Positions 22,041 to 32,285 of a stretch of DNA of 64,000 nt are shown one piece after another. The notes beneath the pieces were generated by a model that was given only the letters and a program-made list of their open reading frames with translations, was not told the origin of the DNA and searched no databases. The stretch is from an uncultured delta proteobacterium (GTDB lineage Bacteria > Desulfobacterota > Syntrophia > Syntrophales > UBA2185). The DNA is taken from positions 98,918 through 162,917 of the forward strand of contig CAVOID010000007.1 of NCBI GenBank assembly GCA_963695875.1, written 5' to 3'. The position numbers were made by a program, and so were the translations under genes. Each line of letters starts with the position of its first letter. The stretch's first letter is position 1.

Positions 22041-23441
22041 ATGGCTACGACCTATGAAAGCATCGATCAATTGAAAAAAGGCTTGGAAGGGATTCTAAAG
22101 ATTTCAGATGGAGATGTACATGTGCTGGATGGCGTAAAGCTGCGGAGTATCCTCATTGACGACCTTATCTTTACGGCAGTATTCAGTACTCAGGAAGAGA
22201 CCAGGAAAGCCGCCCGGTGGTTGATACGCAGGGCAGGAGCTGCCCTGGAAATTCTTTCAACGTCTATCCAACCCCTTTATGAGGCCATGGGTCGTAAAGA
22301 AGTATCGGGCTTCACGGTACCGGCCATTAATATCAGGGCTCTCACCTATGATGTTGCCCAGGCCGTGCTCCGTGCCGCCATGAAGGGTAAAGCCGGTCCC
22401 GTGATCTTTGAAATTGCCCGTTCGGAAATCGACTATACCCTTCAGCGTCCCGAGGAGTATACCTGTGCAGTGACAGCCGCGGCAATCAAGGTTGGGTATG
22501 AGGGACCTCTCTTCCTCCAGGGCGATCATTTTCAGCTGAGTGCGAAAAAATTTGTCTCCGAGCCTGCTAAGGAAGTTCAGAAAGTTAAAGACCTGATCTG
22601 GGAAGCCATCGAGGCGGGGTTTTACAATATCGACATCGATTCCTCGACTCTTGTGGATTTATCAAAACCGACGGTGATGGAGCAGCAGAAAACGAACTAC
22701 AGCCTTGCCGCGGAGTTGACTACAATGATAAGGGATCTTGAGCCGGCTGGTATGACGATTTCTGTGGGCGGTGAAATCGGAGAGGTTGGCGGGAAAAACA
22801 GTACGGTGGAAGAATTGCAAGCCTTTATGTCCGGCTATTTGAAGGACTTGGAAAAGGGCGGCGAAGATATGAAAGGCATCAGCAAGATCAGTGTGCAGTC
22901 AGGTACAACCCACGGAGGTGTTCCCCTGCCGGATGGAACTATCGCCAAGGTCAAGCTGGACTTTGATACCCTGGAAAAACTGTCCGAAGTTGCAAGGAAA
23001 GAGTACGGTCTTGCCGGCGCTGTCCAGCACGGAGCTTCCACTCTGCCCAATGAGGCTTTTGACAGGTTTCCGAAGACCGGCACAGCGGAAATCCATCTGG
23101 CAACGGGATTTCAAAATATGATCTATGACAGCAAACACCTTCCGGGCGCTCTCAGGGATCAGATATATCAGTACATAAAAAAGGAGCTGATAGGCGAGAA
23201 AAAAGATACGGATACGGAAGAGCAGTTTATCTACAAGACCCGGAAAAAGGGTTTCGGTCCGTTCAAAAAAGAACTGTGGCATCTCCCCAAAGAGGCGTTA
23301 CGGGCTATCAGCGATGAGCTGGAAAACCAGTTTACTTTCCTTTTTGAAAAACTGAACGTCAAAAACAACGCTGCCGTTGTTACGAAATACATTAAGCCCA
23401 TCGATGTCCCGCTAAAAGTGCCTGAAGCCCTGAAGGCATAG
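22041..23441 (+). CDS. fba: Class II fructose-bisphosphate aldolase (long form)
   Basis: VPAINIR, QGDH, DIDSS, GTTHGG, VQHGAS; cotranscribed with fbp. Confidence 0.85.
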   Translation: MATTYESIDQLKKGLEGILKISDGDVHVLDGVKLRSILIDDLIFTAVFSTQEETRKAARWLIRRAGAALEILSTSIQPLYEAMGRKEVSGFTVPAINIRALTYDVAQAVLRAAMKGKAGPVIFEIARSEIDYTLQRPEEYTCAVTAAAIKVGYEGPLFLQGDHFQLSAKKFVSEPAKEVQKVKDLIWEAIEAGFYNIDIDSSTLVDLSKPTVMEQQKTNYSLAAELTTMIRDLEPAGMTISVGGEIGEVGGKNSTVEELQAFMSGYLKDLEKGGEDMKGISKISVQSGTTHGGVPLPDGTIAKVKLDFDTLEKLSEVARKEYGLAGAVQHGASTLPNEAFDRFPKTGTAEIHLATGFQNMIYDSKHLPGALRDQIYQYIKKELIGEKKDTDTEEQFIYKTRKKGFGPFKKELWHLPKEALRAISDELENQFTFLFEKLNVKNNAAVVTKYIKPIDVPLKVPEALKA

Positions 23442-23538
23442 GCCCTTCACTTTCTTTACTAAAGTCAATCTCAGCATCCTTTTCTAACGGGGTTGGGGTA
23501 TTTTAAAAGATATGGCAATTCTGGTGATATAATATCAA

Positions 23539-24480
23539 CTATTCCCCGTTCGTGACCGATTCGTCACGGACTTTCTGTTTCAGCTTCCTGGCCACGCTCA
23601 GAACGGTGCTGGCATAGATGTCACTATGATTGTAAGCAAGGATTACCCGGTGCTGTTTCTTCGCACTGATGCCGCACCTCCAGCCGTGCGCGCTCAGATA
23701 GTTGGCCACACTATGAATGGCGTCCTGTTCTGAAAAGAGGTTGATGAGTCCGTCTTTGTCCGCATCGACACCATACTCAGAAACCTTCGAGGGCATAAAC
23801 TGGCACAGTCCTATGGCCCCATAAAGTGAACCGGGAATACTTAGCGGGTCGATACCCCTTTCCGCGGAATACCTGAGCAGGGCTTTAAGCTCTTCATAAG
23901 CCCATTCGGCCTTTTGGCGGCAGCGCTGCTTCGCAAAATCCTCATTTTTCTTAGTAATCAGATCGGGCGCGAGATAGGGCCGGATGGATTCCAGATCGGA
24001 ACTCGAAGCCATGCTTGCCAGCGTATTGAATGCGCCCCGGTCTCCCAGATTCCGGCCAAGCTCGGTTTCCACCAGCAGGATTGATACGACAATTTCTTTT
24101 GGAACACAGTATTCCTCACTTATTCTCTGCAAAGTCACACTATTTTTCTCTGCATAGGAGCGTGCCCCGGCAATGACATCGGGTCTTAAGAAGCGGGCAT
24201 AGGCGATCCTTATCTTGCGGGCATAAGCAGAGTCATGTTTTTTGGAGCGATTTTTTATGAGTTCCTTCAGTTTACATGACATGACACCCGGATCGAATTG
24301 AACACCCGGCTCGGAAAAAAGTTTTCTTACCGTCTGTTCATCGAATTTATCAGCCACAAGGCGCTCAATAAGCGGTGTCCAGTCCGCACTAGCTGAAGCA
24401 GGAAAAATAAACAGAGCCGCAGAAAAAAGTAAAACCAGAATACGTGAGGATAAATGACAGGCCATCTCAAACCTCTTCAA
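23539..24480 (-). CDS. Lytic murein transglycosylase (MltB/SLT_2 family)
   Basis: ILLVETELG, GSLYGAIGLCQFMPS, DADKDG, SVANYL..HGW, YNHS. Confidence 0.9.
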   Translation of the reverse strand: MKRFEMACHLSSRILVLLFSAALFIFPASASADWTPLIERLVADKFDEQTVRKLFSEPGVQFDPGVMSCKLKELIKNRSKKHDSAYARKIRIAYARFLRPDVIAGARSYAEKNSVTLQRISEEYCVPKEIVVSILLVETELGRNLGDRGAFNTLASMASSSDLESIRPYLAPDLITKKNEDFAKQRCRQKAEWAYEELKALLRYSAERGIDPLSIPGSLYGAIGLCQFMPSKVSEYGVDADKDGLINLFSEQDAIHSVANYLSAHGWRCGISAKKQHRVILAYNHSDIYASTVLSVARKLKQKVRDESVTNGE

Positions 24481-24503
24481 ATGATTTATGGAAACCCACT
24501 TTC

Positions 24504-25355
24504 TTATATATTCGGTAATCTGGAGAAAATATTTAATGCATTTTTACCCAGGACATTTTCCAGATGTTTTTCGGGAACAATCCTTTCAATAAAATCAAGG
24601 TACGCATCAATAGGGGCGAGCGGCCAATCGCTGCCGAAAAGAATTTTATCCCAGCTTATGGCATAAATAAGGGCATGGCGAAATTCATTGAGAACGAGGG
24701 GCTCGTTCCCCATCTCCTGAAAGTAAGTGCGGCTTCCCACCAGGAGCCCCGAAATATCTGTCCATACATTCGGGTTTTTCCGCACGATCTCTGCGGTGTC
24801 CTTTACCCACGGGTCTCCCAGGTGCGCAATGACAAAGATATTCCGCCGGTGCGTCACAGCCAGTTCGTCGATTGCGAGCGGATGGGAATACTTGAGCAGG
24901 CCCCGATCAGAGAAGGTATCCCCGCTGTGAATGACAACAGGAAGATTAAATTGAGCTGCCAGTTCATAGATCGGAGCATAAACCGGATCATTCACGGGGA
25001 AATGATAGTAGCCGGGATACATCTTGATTCCGACAGCCTTGGGATGCCGCAGCGCCTTTTCAATCTTTTCCAGGGACGTATTAGAAAGTTCATGAGGATT
25101 GATCCCCGGGCAGAAATAGAGCTCTTCAGGCCATGAGTCGGACATATCAAGCGTCATCGGATTCGGTGAAGCCGTGTCAGGAAATCCAAGGCGGGATGTT
25201 TCCTGAAGCCCCATTGCAACAGCCGCCCGGACATTATTGCGCGCCAACTCTGTCCGAAGACCGGTAAATGAATAATCGCAGCCTGATTCTTTCTCAGCCG
25301 CTTCCTGGAAGCTTGCTATTTTTGAGAAATGGATATGCGCATCGATGATAAGCAT
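24504..25355 (-). CDS. Amidohydrolase_2 family metal-dependent hydrolase
   Basis: IDAHIH, GIKMYP, IHSG, IAHLG, LFGSDWP. Confidence 0.9.
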   Translation of the reverse strand: MLIIDAHIHFSKIASFQEAAEKESGCDYSFTGLRTELARNNVRAAVAMGLQETSRLGFPDTASPNPMTLDMSDSWPEELYFCPGINPHELSNTSLEKIEKALRHPKAVGIKMYPGYYHFPVNDPVYAPIYELAAQFNLPVVIHSGDTFSDRGLLKYSHPLAIDELAVTHRRNIFVIAHLGDPWVKDTAEIVRKNPNVWTDISGLLVGSRTYFQEMGNEPLVLNEFRHALIYAISWDKILFGSDWPLAPIDAYLDFIERIVPEKHLENVLGKNALNIFSRLPNI

Positions 25356-25592
25356 TGTATGAAATCGTATAAGAGAAATATGTTTGTATGTCAATCAGAA
25401 ATGGTCAAAAAAGCTATTGTATATAGATAAGGAATTGGCGGGGGCCTTCCACCTATGGCGGAAGGTTAAATGTTACACTATAAAAGCCAAGAAGAACTGC
25501 AAGAAAGCTGTGGAAGAACCGGAAAAGACGTGTTAAGGAAGAGACCCGAATAAACCTATCCTACTTACAGCGGAAATAATACCTGATAACTT

Positions 25593-27257
25593 ATGGACTG
25601 GATCAAAAATAAAAAAATTATCTTTTTTGTCATACCATTCATAATTTATGTAGCGCTCCTGGCAGTTATGCCCTTAATGGAGCCGGATGAGGGACGCTAC
25701 AGTACCATCCCCAGCGAAATGAATCATACCGGAGATTATGTAACACCCCATTTAAAGGGAACGGTCTATCTGGAAAAGCCGCCTTTGTGCTACTGGGCGA
25801 CGGCTCTGGCATTTAAAATCTTCGGAGAGAATGAATTCTCTTCCAGGTTGTTTACCGCAGTATGTGCCTGGGGATGCATCCTCCTCGTTTATTCCATAGG
25901 AACTTTTTTTCATGACTCAAAAACAGGGTTTTACGCGGCCGCTGTTCTGACGACATCCCTGTACCATTTCGCTATCGGAAGGATTAATATCCTGGATATG
26001 CCTTTGGCGTTCTTTGTCTGTCTTGCCATATGGTTTGGATATAGATATTTTTCGGGAGGCGAATATGCAAAGAAGAGGATTTATCTTTTTTATCTTTCCT
26101 GCGCTCTCGCTTTTCTGACAAAAGGACTGATCGGTATAGTCTTTCCTTTTGCCGTTATTGTGATATGGCTTTTGTTCTCCAAAAAGTGGCGTGATATATT
26201 CAGACTTTTCTCGCCTGTAGGAATTTTAATCTTCCTGGCCGTTGCCGGGCCCTGGTTGATTCTTGTTCAAAGGGCTAACAAAGACTTCTTCTGGTTTTTC
26301 TTTGTCCAGGAGCATTTCCTCAGATATACAACAACCATGCACTCCAGAAACGAGCCATTTTATTTTTATATCCCGATAATAATTGCGGGTACAATGCCCT
26401 GGTGCGCATTTCTGTTGAGAGCCGTAAAAGAAAGTGGAATAAGAATAATCTCTCTTTTTGATTTCACGGAAAAGGTTTTTTTACTCACATGGGCAGGCTT
26501 TATTTTTCTCTTCTTTTCCATTTCCTCATCCAAGCTTATTCCCTACATCGCCCCTGTTTTCCTGCCGCTGGCGGTCTTCTTGGGTCACATTTTCAGGGTC
26601 CATGACGATGACTGGGAGCGGAATCTTAACAAGAGCCGGCCATCAGGAATTCTCTATCATCTGCCAGCGGTCGTGCAATCGATATTATTCATTGCGGGGC
26701 TTCTCATCCCGTCCTTTCTTAATGAACACAGCATACCTTTTCGGGCGTGGTGGCCATGGGTGATCGTTCCTATTTTATTGGTGATCGCGATGATGACTTT
26801 ACCTGATATCGTCAGGAAAAAATGGGGCAGAGGCTGGTTTATGACAATTTATGCAATCTCGTTCCTTTTTTTGAGTTTGCTGGTATTCCCCATGGCCCAA
26901 TTCATGACACCTTATAAATCCGCCTATCCGGTTGCCAAAATCGTAAAGGATTACGTTCCCGCCGGTAAGGAGCTTTATCAGTATGGGATGTCGCTTTACG
27001 GTATTGATTTTTATACGGGGACGAGAACACCCGTTGTGGATGACATCGGTGAATTGCGGCCTGGTGTGGAAAAACTGCCCCCGGAAGAACGGGCTCATTA
27101 TTTCCTCACTTCTGATGAGTTTTTCAGACGTTATCAGGAAAAGAAAGAAATCTTCTGCGTGACGGAACGTGAAAATGTGGAAAAGCTGAGAAAAAAGGTA
27201 AACTTTTTGAATATTCTGTGGAATAATGATAGTTATTACCTACTACACCTCAAATAG
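25593..27257 (+). CDS. arnT: 4-amino-4-deoxy-L-arabinose transferase (GT83)
   Basis: PDEGRY, YLEKPPL.YW, FLTKGLIG, SKLIPYI; heads the arn operon. Confidence 0.9.
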   Translation: MDWIKNKKIIFFVIPFIIYVALLAVMPLMEPDEGRYSTIPSEMNHTGDYVTPHLKGTVYLEKPPLCYWATALAFKIFGENEFSSRLFTAVCAWGCILLVYSIGTFFHDSKTGFYAAAVLTTSLYHFAIGRINILDMPLAFFVCLAIWFGYRYFSGGEYAKKRIYLFYLSCALAFLTKGLIGIVFPFAVIVIWLLFSKKWRDIFRLFSPVGILIFLAVAGPWLILVQRANKDFFWFFFVQEHFLRYTTTMHSRNEPFYFYIPIIIAGTMPWCAFLLRAVKESGIRIISLFDFTEKVFLLTWAGFIFLFFSISSSKLIPYIAPVFLPLAVFLGHIFRVHDDDWERNLNKSRPSGILYHLPAVVQSILFIAGLLIPSFLNEHSIPFRAWWPWVIVPILLVIAMMTLPDIVRKKWGRGWFMTIYAISFLFLSLLVFPMAQFMTPYKSAYPVAKIVKDYVPAGKELYQYGMSLYGIDFYTGTRTPVVDDIGELRPGVEKLPPEERAHYFLTSDEFFRRYQEKKEIFCVTERENVEKLRKKVNFLNILWNNDSYYLLHLK

Positions 27258-27271
27258 ATAAAAAGCATGAT

Positions 27272-28420
27272 ATGAAGATCAGAGAAGAATTCTTACCGCT
27301 GTCGAGGCCGTCTATTAGCGATAGAGAGATTGAAGGCGTTGTTGAATGTCTGAAATCCGGATGGATTACCACCGGCCCCGTCTGTAAGTCATTTGAAAAT
27401 AAATTCTGTGAATTGACGGGGGCGTTCCATGCGATATCCCTGACTTCCGCCACGGCCGGGATGCACCTTGTGCTTCTTGCCCTGGGCGTCGGCGAAGGTG
27501 ATGAGATCATAACACCCTCCATGACATTCGCCTCCACGATTAATATGATTGCCATGCTTAAAGCGGAACCGGTTTTTGTTGATATCCACTATGACACCTT
27601 AAACATAAATGCAGATAAGATAGAGGGAAAAATCAGCCGCAAAACTAAGGCCATTATACCGGTTCATTTTGCCGGCGCGCCTGTCGATATGGACGGGATT
27701 ATTGAAATTGCGAAACGACACCGTCTTGCCATTATTGAGGATGCAGCCCATGCCGTCGGTACGTATTATAAAGGCATCCATGCGGGGGGATTCGGACAGA
27801 TCGCCATTTTTTCTTTTCATCCGATAAAGAATATTACCAGCGGTGAGGGTGGTATGATAACGCACAGTGATGAAAAACTGGAAAATCAGTTAAGACTTTT
27901 AAGATTTCATGGTATTGAAAGAGATGCATGGAAGCGTTACGGGAAAGGGGGAAACCCGGAGTATGATATTCATCGGCCGGGGTTCAAGTACAATCTGACG
28001 GATATACAGGCGGCCCTAGGGCTTGCCCAGTTGTCAAGACTGGATGAGATCAATCATCGCAGAAGTGAAATCGCCGGATTGTACATGGAAGGGCTGAAAG
28101 GTGCAGAAGGTCTTGAATTGCCCGGAGTACCGGATTATCCGCATGTTCATGCGTGGCACCTGTTTATCGTTAAGATTCTGTCCATGGATCGGGGCAACTT
28201 TATGGAAAAACTCTCTCAGTACAATATCGGCTATGGTCTTCATTTCCCGGCCTGTCACCTTTTAAGTTATGTCAAAAAACAGTTTGCAACCGGCATGGGG
28301 ATGCTTCCCGAAACGGAGCGCGCCGCGGATAAGATCATTTCCCTTCCGCTTTTTCCTGACATGAAGAATGATGATGTTTTCTATGTTTGCGAGGCGATAA
28401 GGGAGATATTAAAAGGTTAG
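27272..28420 (+). CDS. arnB: UDP-4-amino-4-deoxy-L-arabinose aminotransferase (DegT family)
   Basis: SGWITTGP, SATAGMH, IEDAAHA, FSFHPIKNITSGEGG. Confidence 0.9.
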   Translation: MKIREEFLPLSRPSISDREIEGVVECLKSGWITTGPVCKSFENKFCELTGAFHAISLTSATAGMHLVLLALGVGEGDEIITPSMTFASTINMIAMLKAEPVFVDIHYDTLNINADKIEGKISRKTKAIIPVHFAGAPVDMDGIIEIAKRHRLAIIEDAAHAVGTYYKGIHAGGFGQIAIFSFHPIKNITSGEGGMITHSDEKLENQLRLLRFHGIERDAWKRYGKGGNPEYDIHRPGFKYNLTDIQAALGLAQLSRLDEINHRRSEIAGLYMEGLKGAEGLELPGVPDYPHVHAWHLFIVKILSMDRGNFMEKLSQYNIGYGLHFPACHLLSYVKKQFATGMGMLPETERAADKIISLPLFPDMKNDDVFYVCEAIREILKG

Positions 28421-28478
28421 TTGCCGCGGAACTGAGTTTGGCACGGCTGATTCATTCAAAAAGAATAGAGGTTATTTC

Positions 28479-29438
28479 ATGATTTCACAATCAATGATTT
28501 CTCTGGTCATCCCTGTTTATAATGAAGAAGAGAACCTGAACAAATTGATGGAACGTATTCGGCCGGTCATGCAAAGCATGGACAGGCCTTATGAGATAAT
28601 TTTAATAGATGACGGCAGCCGGGATAGTTCCCTTTCCATATTAAGAAGTCTCACAAAATACCCCGAGGTCAGAGTTGTAGAACTTGTCAGAAACTATGGG
28701 CAACATGCGGCAATCCTTGCCGGCTTTTCTATAGTCAGAGGCGATATTGTTATCACGTTGGATGCCGATCTGCAAAACCCTCCCGAAGAGATACCGAAGC
28801 TTGTGAAAGAGATGGAAGCCGGCAGCTATGACGTGGTGGGTACAATAAGAAAAGGCCGTAAGGATTCCTTATTAAGGATAATACCGTCAAAGATCATTAA
28901 TATAATCACGCGAAGAATAACTAAGGTCAGGATGACCGACTGGGGATGCATGCTGCGGGCTTATCGACGCCCCGTGGTCGAGCGCATGATCGCCTGTCAC
29001 GAGCACGCAACGTTTATCCCGGCGCTGGCTACTTATTTGGGAAAGCGGGTGACGGAAATTGAGGTTGCCCACGAAGAGAGAGCCGGAGGAACATCGAACT
29101 ATCCCTTACGCAAGCTTATCAATCTTCAGTTCGACCTTGTTTCATCATTTTCCGATCTGCCCATGAAGCTCATCATGTACGGGGGCATTTGGATGGCGAT
29201 CGGAGGCGTTTGCTTCGGTATCTTCCTTGTGGTTGCCAGACTCGTCTATGGAGCTCTGTGGGCTGCCCAGGGTGTTTTTACACTCTTTGCGATTTTGTTT
29301 GTCTTTATGGGTCTTCAGTTTTTTGCCTTCGGCATTCTCGGGGAATACATCGGCCGGATTTACAGGGAAGTAAGAAAGAGGCCGGCGTATGTTATTGAAA
29401 AGGTACATTCATCGGAGAATGCCGGAGACAATCCGTGA
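28479..29438 (+). CDS. arnC: Undecaprenyl-phosphate Ara4FN transferase (GT2)
   Basis: IPVYNEE, DDGSRD, RNYGQHAAI, DADLQNPPEEIP, GCMLRAY; two C-terminal TMs. Confidence 0.9.
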   Translation: MISQSMISLVIPVYNEEENLNKLMERIRPVMQSMDRPYEIILIDDGSRDSSLSILRSLTKYPEVRVVELVRNYGQHAAILAGFSIVRGDIVITLDADLQNPPEEIPKLVKEMEAGSYDVVGTIRKGRKDSLLRIIPSKIINIITRRITKVRMTDWGCMLRAYRRPVVERMIACHEHATFIPALATYLGKRVTEIEVAHEERAGGTSNYPLRKLINLQFDLVSSFSDLPMKLIMYGGIWMAIGGVCFGIFLVVARLVYGALWAAQGVFTLFAILFVFMGLQFFAFGILGEYIGRIYREVRKRPAYVIEKVHSSENAGDNP

Positions 29439-30361
29439 AGGCTGTTGTATTTGCCTATCACAATATGGGTGTTGCCGGACTTGAGGCCCTAAGACACGCG
29501 GGCTTTAACATCACAGCCATTTTTTCCCATGAGGATGATCCCGGAGAAAATGTCTGGTTTGATTCGGTCACAGAATGGGCGAAGAAAAATGAGATCGAGG
29601 TATTCTGCCCCGATGATGTAAACAAACCGGAATGGATTCAGAAAATTTCTCGTCTGTCTCCCGATATTATTTTTTCCTTCTATTACCGGCATATGATAAG
29701 TAAGGAGATCTTAGGTATACCGCCATCAGGGGCATACAATCTCCATGGATCACTTCTGCCCGCCTACCGGGGAAGGGTCCCGGTAAACTGGGTTCTTGTG
29801 AATGGTGAGAAGCAGACAGGAGTCACACTCCATCACATGATCGACAAACCGGACGCAGGCGATATCGTCGGGCAGAAAGCCGTTGACATAGATTTTAGCG
29901 ATACAGCACGTACACTTTATGACAAGCTCTGCAAAGCTGCCGGGAAATTGCTTGAGGAAATCCTTCCACTCATGAGGGAGGGTAAAGCCCCGCGGATCCC
30001 GCAGGATCTGACGAAGGGAAGCTATTTTGGCGGTCGCAGGCCGGAAGATGGACGTATTGACTGGAGATGGCCGGCAGTACGCATCTATAATCTCATCCGA
30101 GCGGTGACTGAGCCCTATCCGGGTGCTTTTGCTTTCTTGCCCGGAGACGAAAAGATTATGATCTGGTGGGCTGTTCCTAGAAGATAGGGGCGGCAGCGAA
30201 TCATCTTCCAGGACAGATAGAGGTTGAGTCCGGCAGTGTTTTGGTCGGAACGGGTCAGGGACGACATAAGGCTTCTGGACATCGAAGTGGCCGGAGCAAG
30301 AATGAAAAATGACCTGATATTTAATTATTTTAAGAGCAAGAAAGGGTTAGTCTTGATATGA
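29435..30361 (+). CDS. arnA: UDP-L-Ara4N formyltransferase (stand-alone N-terminal half of ArnA); frameshifted near the 3' end
   Basis: MKAVVFAYH, FSFYYR, NLHGSLLP.YRGR.PVNW, PYPGAF; likely stop TGA 30359-30361. Confidence 0.85.
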
Positions 30362-31375
30362 AGATTTTGATTCTTGGGGTAAATGGATTTATCGGTCATC
30401 ATCTGACCAATCGGATACTCGCTCAGACGGACTGGACCGTTTATCGGTATGGACCTTTCCGATGACCGCCTCGGTAATGCAGTGAACAACACCCGTTTCC
30501 ATTTTCTTGAAGGTGATATATCGATCAATAAGGAATGGATCGAGTATCACGTAAAGAAATGCGACGTCGTCTTGCCCCTTGTGGCCATCGCCACACCCAA
30601 ACTCTATGTCGAAGACCCCATCGGCGTCTATAACCTGGATTTTGAGATGAATCTCGGCGTCATCAAGCAGTGTGTGAAATATCATAAACGGGTGGTATTC
30701 CCATCCACATCGGAGGTCTACGGGGCATGTACCGATCAGGAATTCAAAGAGGATGAGAGCTTCCTGGTTGTCGGACCGATTCAAAAAGAGCGTTGGATAT
30801 ATTCTTGCTGTAAGCAGCTTTTGGATCGTGTCATCTATGCCTATGGCACGCGGGGACACCTCGAATTCACCCTGTTTAGACCCTTCAACTGGGTTGGACC
30901 CAGACTGGATTCCTTGTATGCGGCAAAAGAAGGCAGTTCCAGGGTTGTCACACAATTTATTGCCGAACTGCTCATGAAACGGTCTATTTCCCTTGTTGAC
31001 GGCGGTCATCAGAAGCGATGTTTCACGTACGTGGATGACGGCATCTCCGCGTTGATGAAAATCCTGGAAAACAAAAATGATATATGCAGGAATGAGATTA
31101 TCAATATCGGCAATCCGTATAATGAGTGTTCCGTGAAGGAACTGGCGCATATTCTAAAAAAGCTCTTTATGGAACATCCGGATCACAGGCATGATCGCGA
31201 ATATTCTGAAATTATTGAAACATCTTCTGAATCCTACTATGGCAAAGGCTATCAGGATATTTATTCGAGAAATCCAAGTATTGAGAAGGCAAGAGCGCTG
31301 CTCAATTGGGAACCGGAGATAGGCCTGGAGGATGCCCTCAGGATGACACTGCATTCTTTTCTGGAGGAAAACTGA
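30358..31375 (+). CDS. arnA: UDP-glucuronate dehydrogenase/decarboxylase (stand-alone C-terminal half of ArnA); frameshift near 30440
   Basis: MKILILGVNGFIGHHL at 30358, LPLVAIATP, FPSTSEVYG, RWIYSCCKQLLDR, FRPFNW. Confidence 0.88.
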
Positions 31376-31376
31376 G

Positions 31377-32249
31377 GTGTCGTCTGATGCAAAAAAGGTT
31401 TTGGGGATAAAGATTGACGTTGATACTTACATGGGTATGAAAAATGGTGTACCCCGTCTTCTTGACATCCTTAAAAAATTTGATGTTAAAGGAACTTTTT
31501 TCCTGAGTGTTGGTCCCGATGCCTCCGGCAGGGCTATCCTTCAGCTCATCAAAAATCCCCTCTTTCTGAAAAAGATGATCAGGACGAATGCCGTCGGTCT
31601 CTATGGCATGAAGACGGCCCTTTACGGGACTCTCCTTCCTTCGCCAATGATTGCCCTTTCATTTCCGGAAATCATCCGGCAGATTCGGTCCGAAGGTCAT
31701 GAGATTCAATTTCATGCCTGGGATCACCGGCGCTGGCAGGATGAATTGCACATCAGATCGACGCAGTGGATAAAAGATTGGTTCGAAAAAGGTATCCAGG
31801 CATTCACAAAACTGACCGGTAACACACCCTCGGCATTTGGAGCACCGGCCTGGCTAATTGATGATCGGGTTATGGATATTCTAGAAGATTACCGGTTTGA
31901 TTATCTGAGCTGCACACGGGCCCCAAAACCGTTCACACATGAGAAAATAGGTCTTATGGAAATACCATCGGACCTCCCGTGTTTCGAGGAAGTTGGAGTT
32001 CATGACGGCATATCAACCATAACCTATAATCTCAAAGACGAAGAGATCCATGTGCTGCCTGTCCATGCCGAGGTCGAAGGAGGCATCTGGAGCATGCACT
32101 TCATACAGTTGCTTGAACAAGTCAAAATGATAAATTACCGTATAACAACCCTTTCAGAAATAAAAGGACTCATTCCGACAGAGAAGTTGACCGTACGAAA
32201 GTATAAAATGGAATTGCTGCCCGGACGTTCTGTCCCATGCGCGGTCTGA
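31377..32249 (+). CDS. arnD: Undecaprenyl-phosphate-Ara4FN deformylase (polysaccharide deacetylase fold)
   Basis: KIDVDT..G...GVPRL, FFLSVGPD, HAWDH..WQ, HAEVEG. Confidence 0.88.
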   Translation: MSSDAKKVLGIKIDVDTYMGMKNGVPRLLDILKKFDVKGTFFLSVGPDASGRAILQLIKNPLFLKKMIRTNAVGLYGMKTALYGTLLPSPMIALSFPEIIRQIRSEGHEIQFHAWDHRRWQDELHIRSTQWIKDWFEKGIQAFTKLTGNTPSAFGAPAWLIDDRVMDILEDYRFDYLSCTRAPKPFTHEKIGLMEIPSDLPCFEEVGVHDGISTITYNLKDEEIHVLPVHAEVEGGIWSMHFIQLLEQVKMINYRITTLSEIKGLIPTEKLTVRKYKMELLPGRSVPCAV

Positions 32250-32285
32250 TCGAAAGAAATCCTGATTGGAGATTACGGCTCGATT

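Noticed and set aside
28439-28454. Sigma54-like TGGCAC upstream of arnC
   Set aside because: The -12 element is ATTCA, lacking the invariant GC, and the site is inside an operon.
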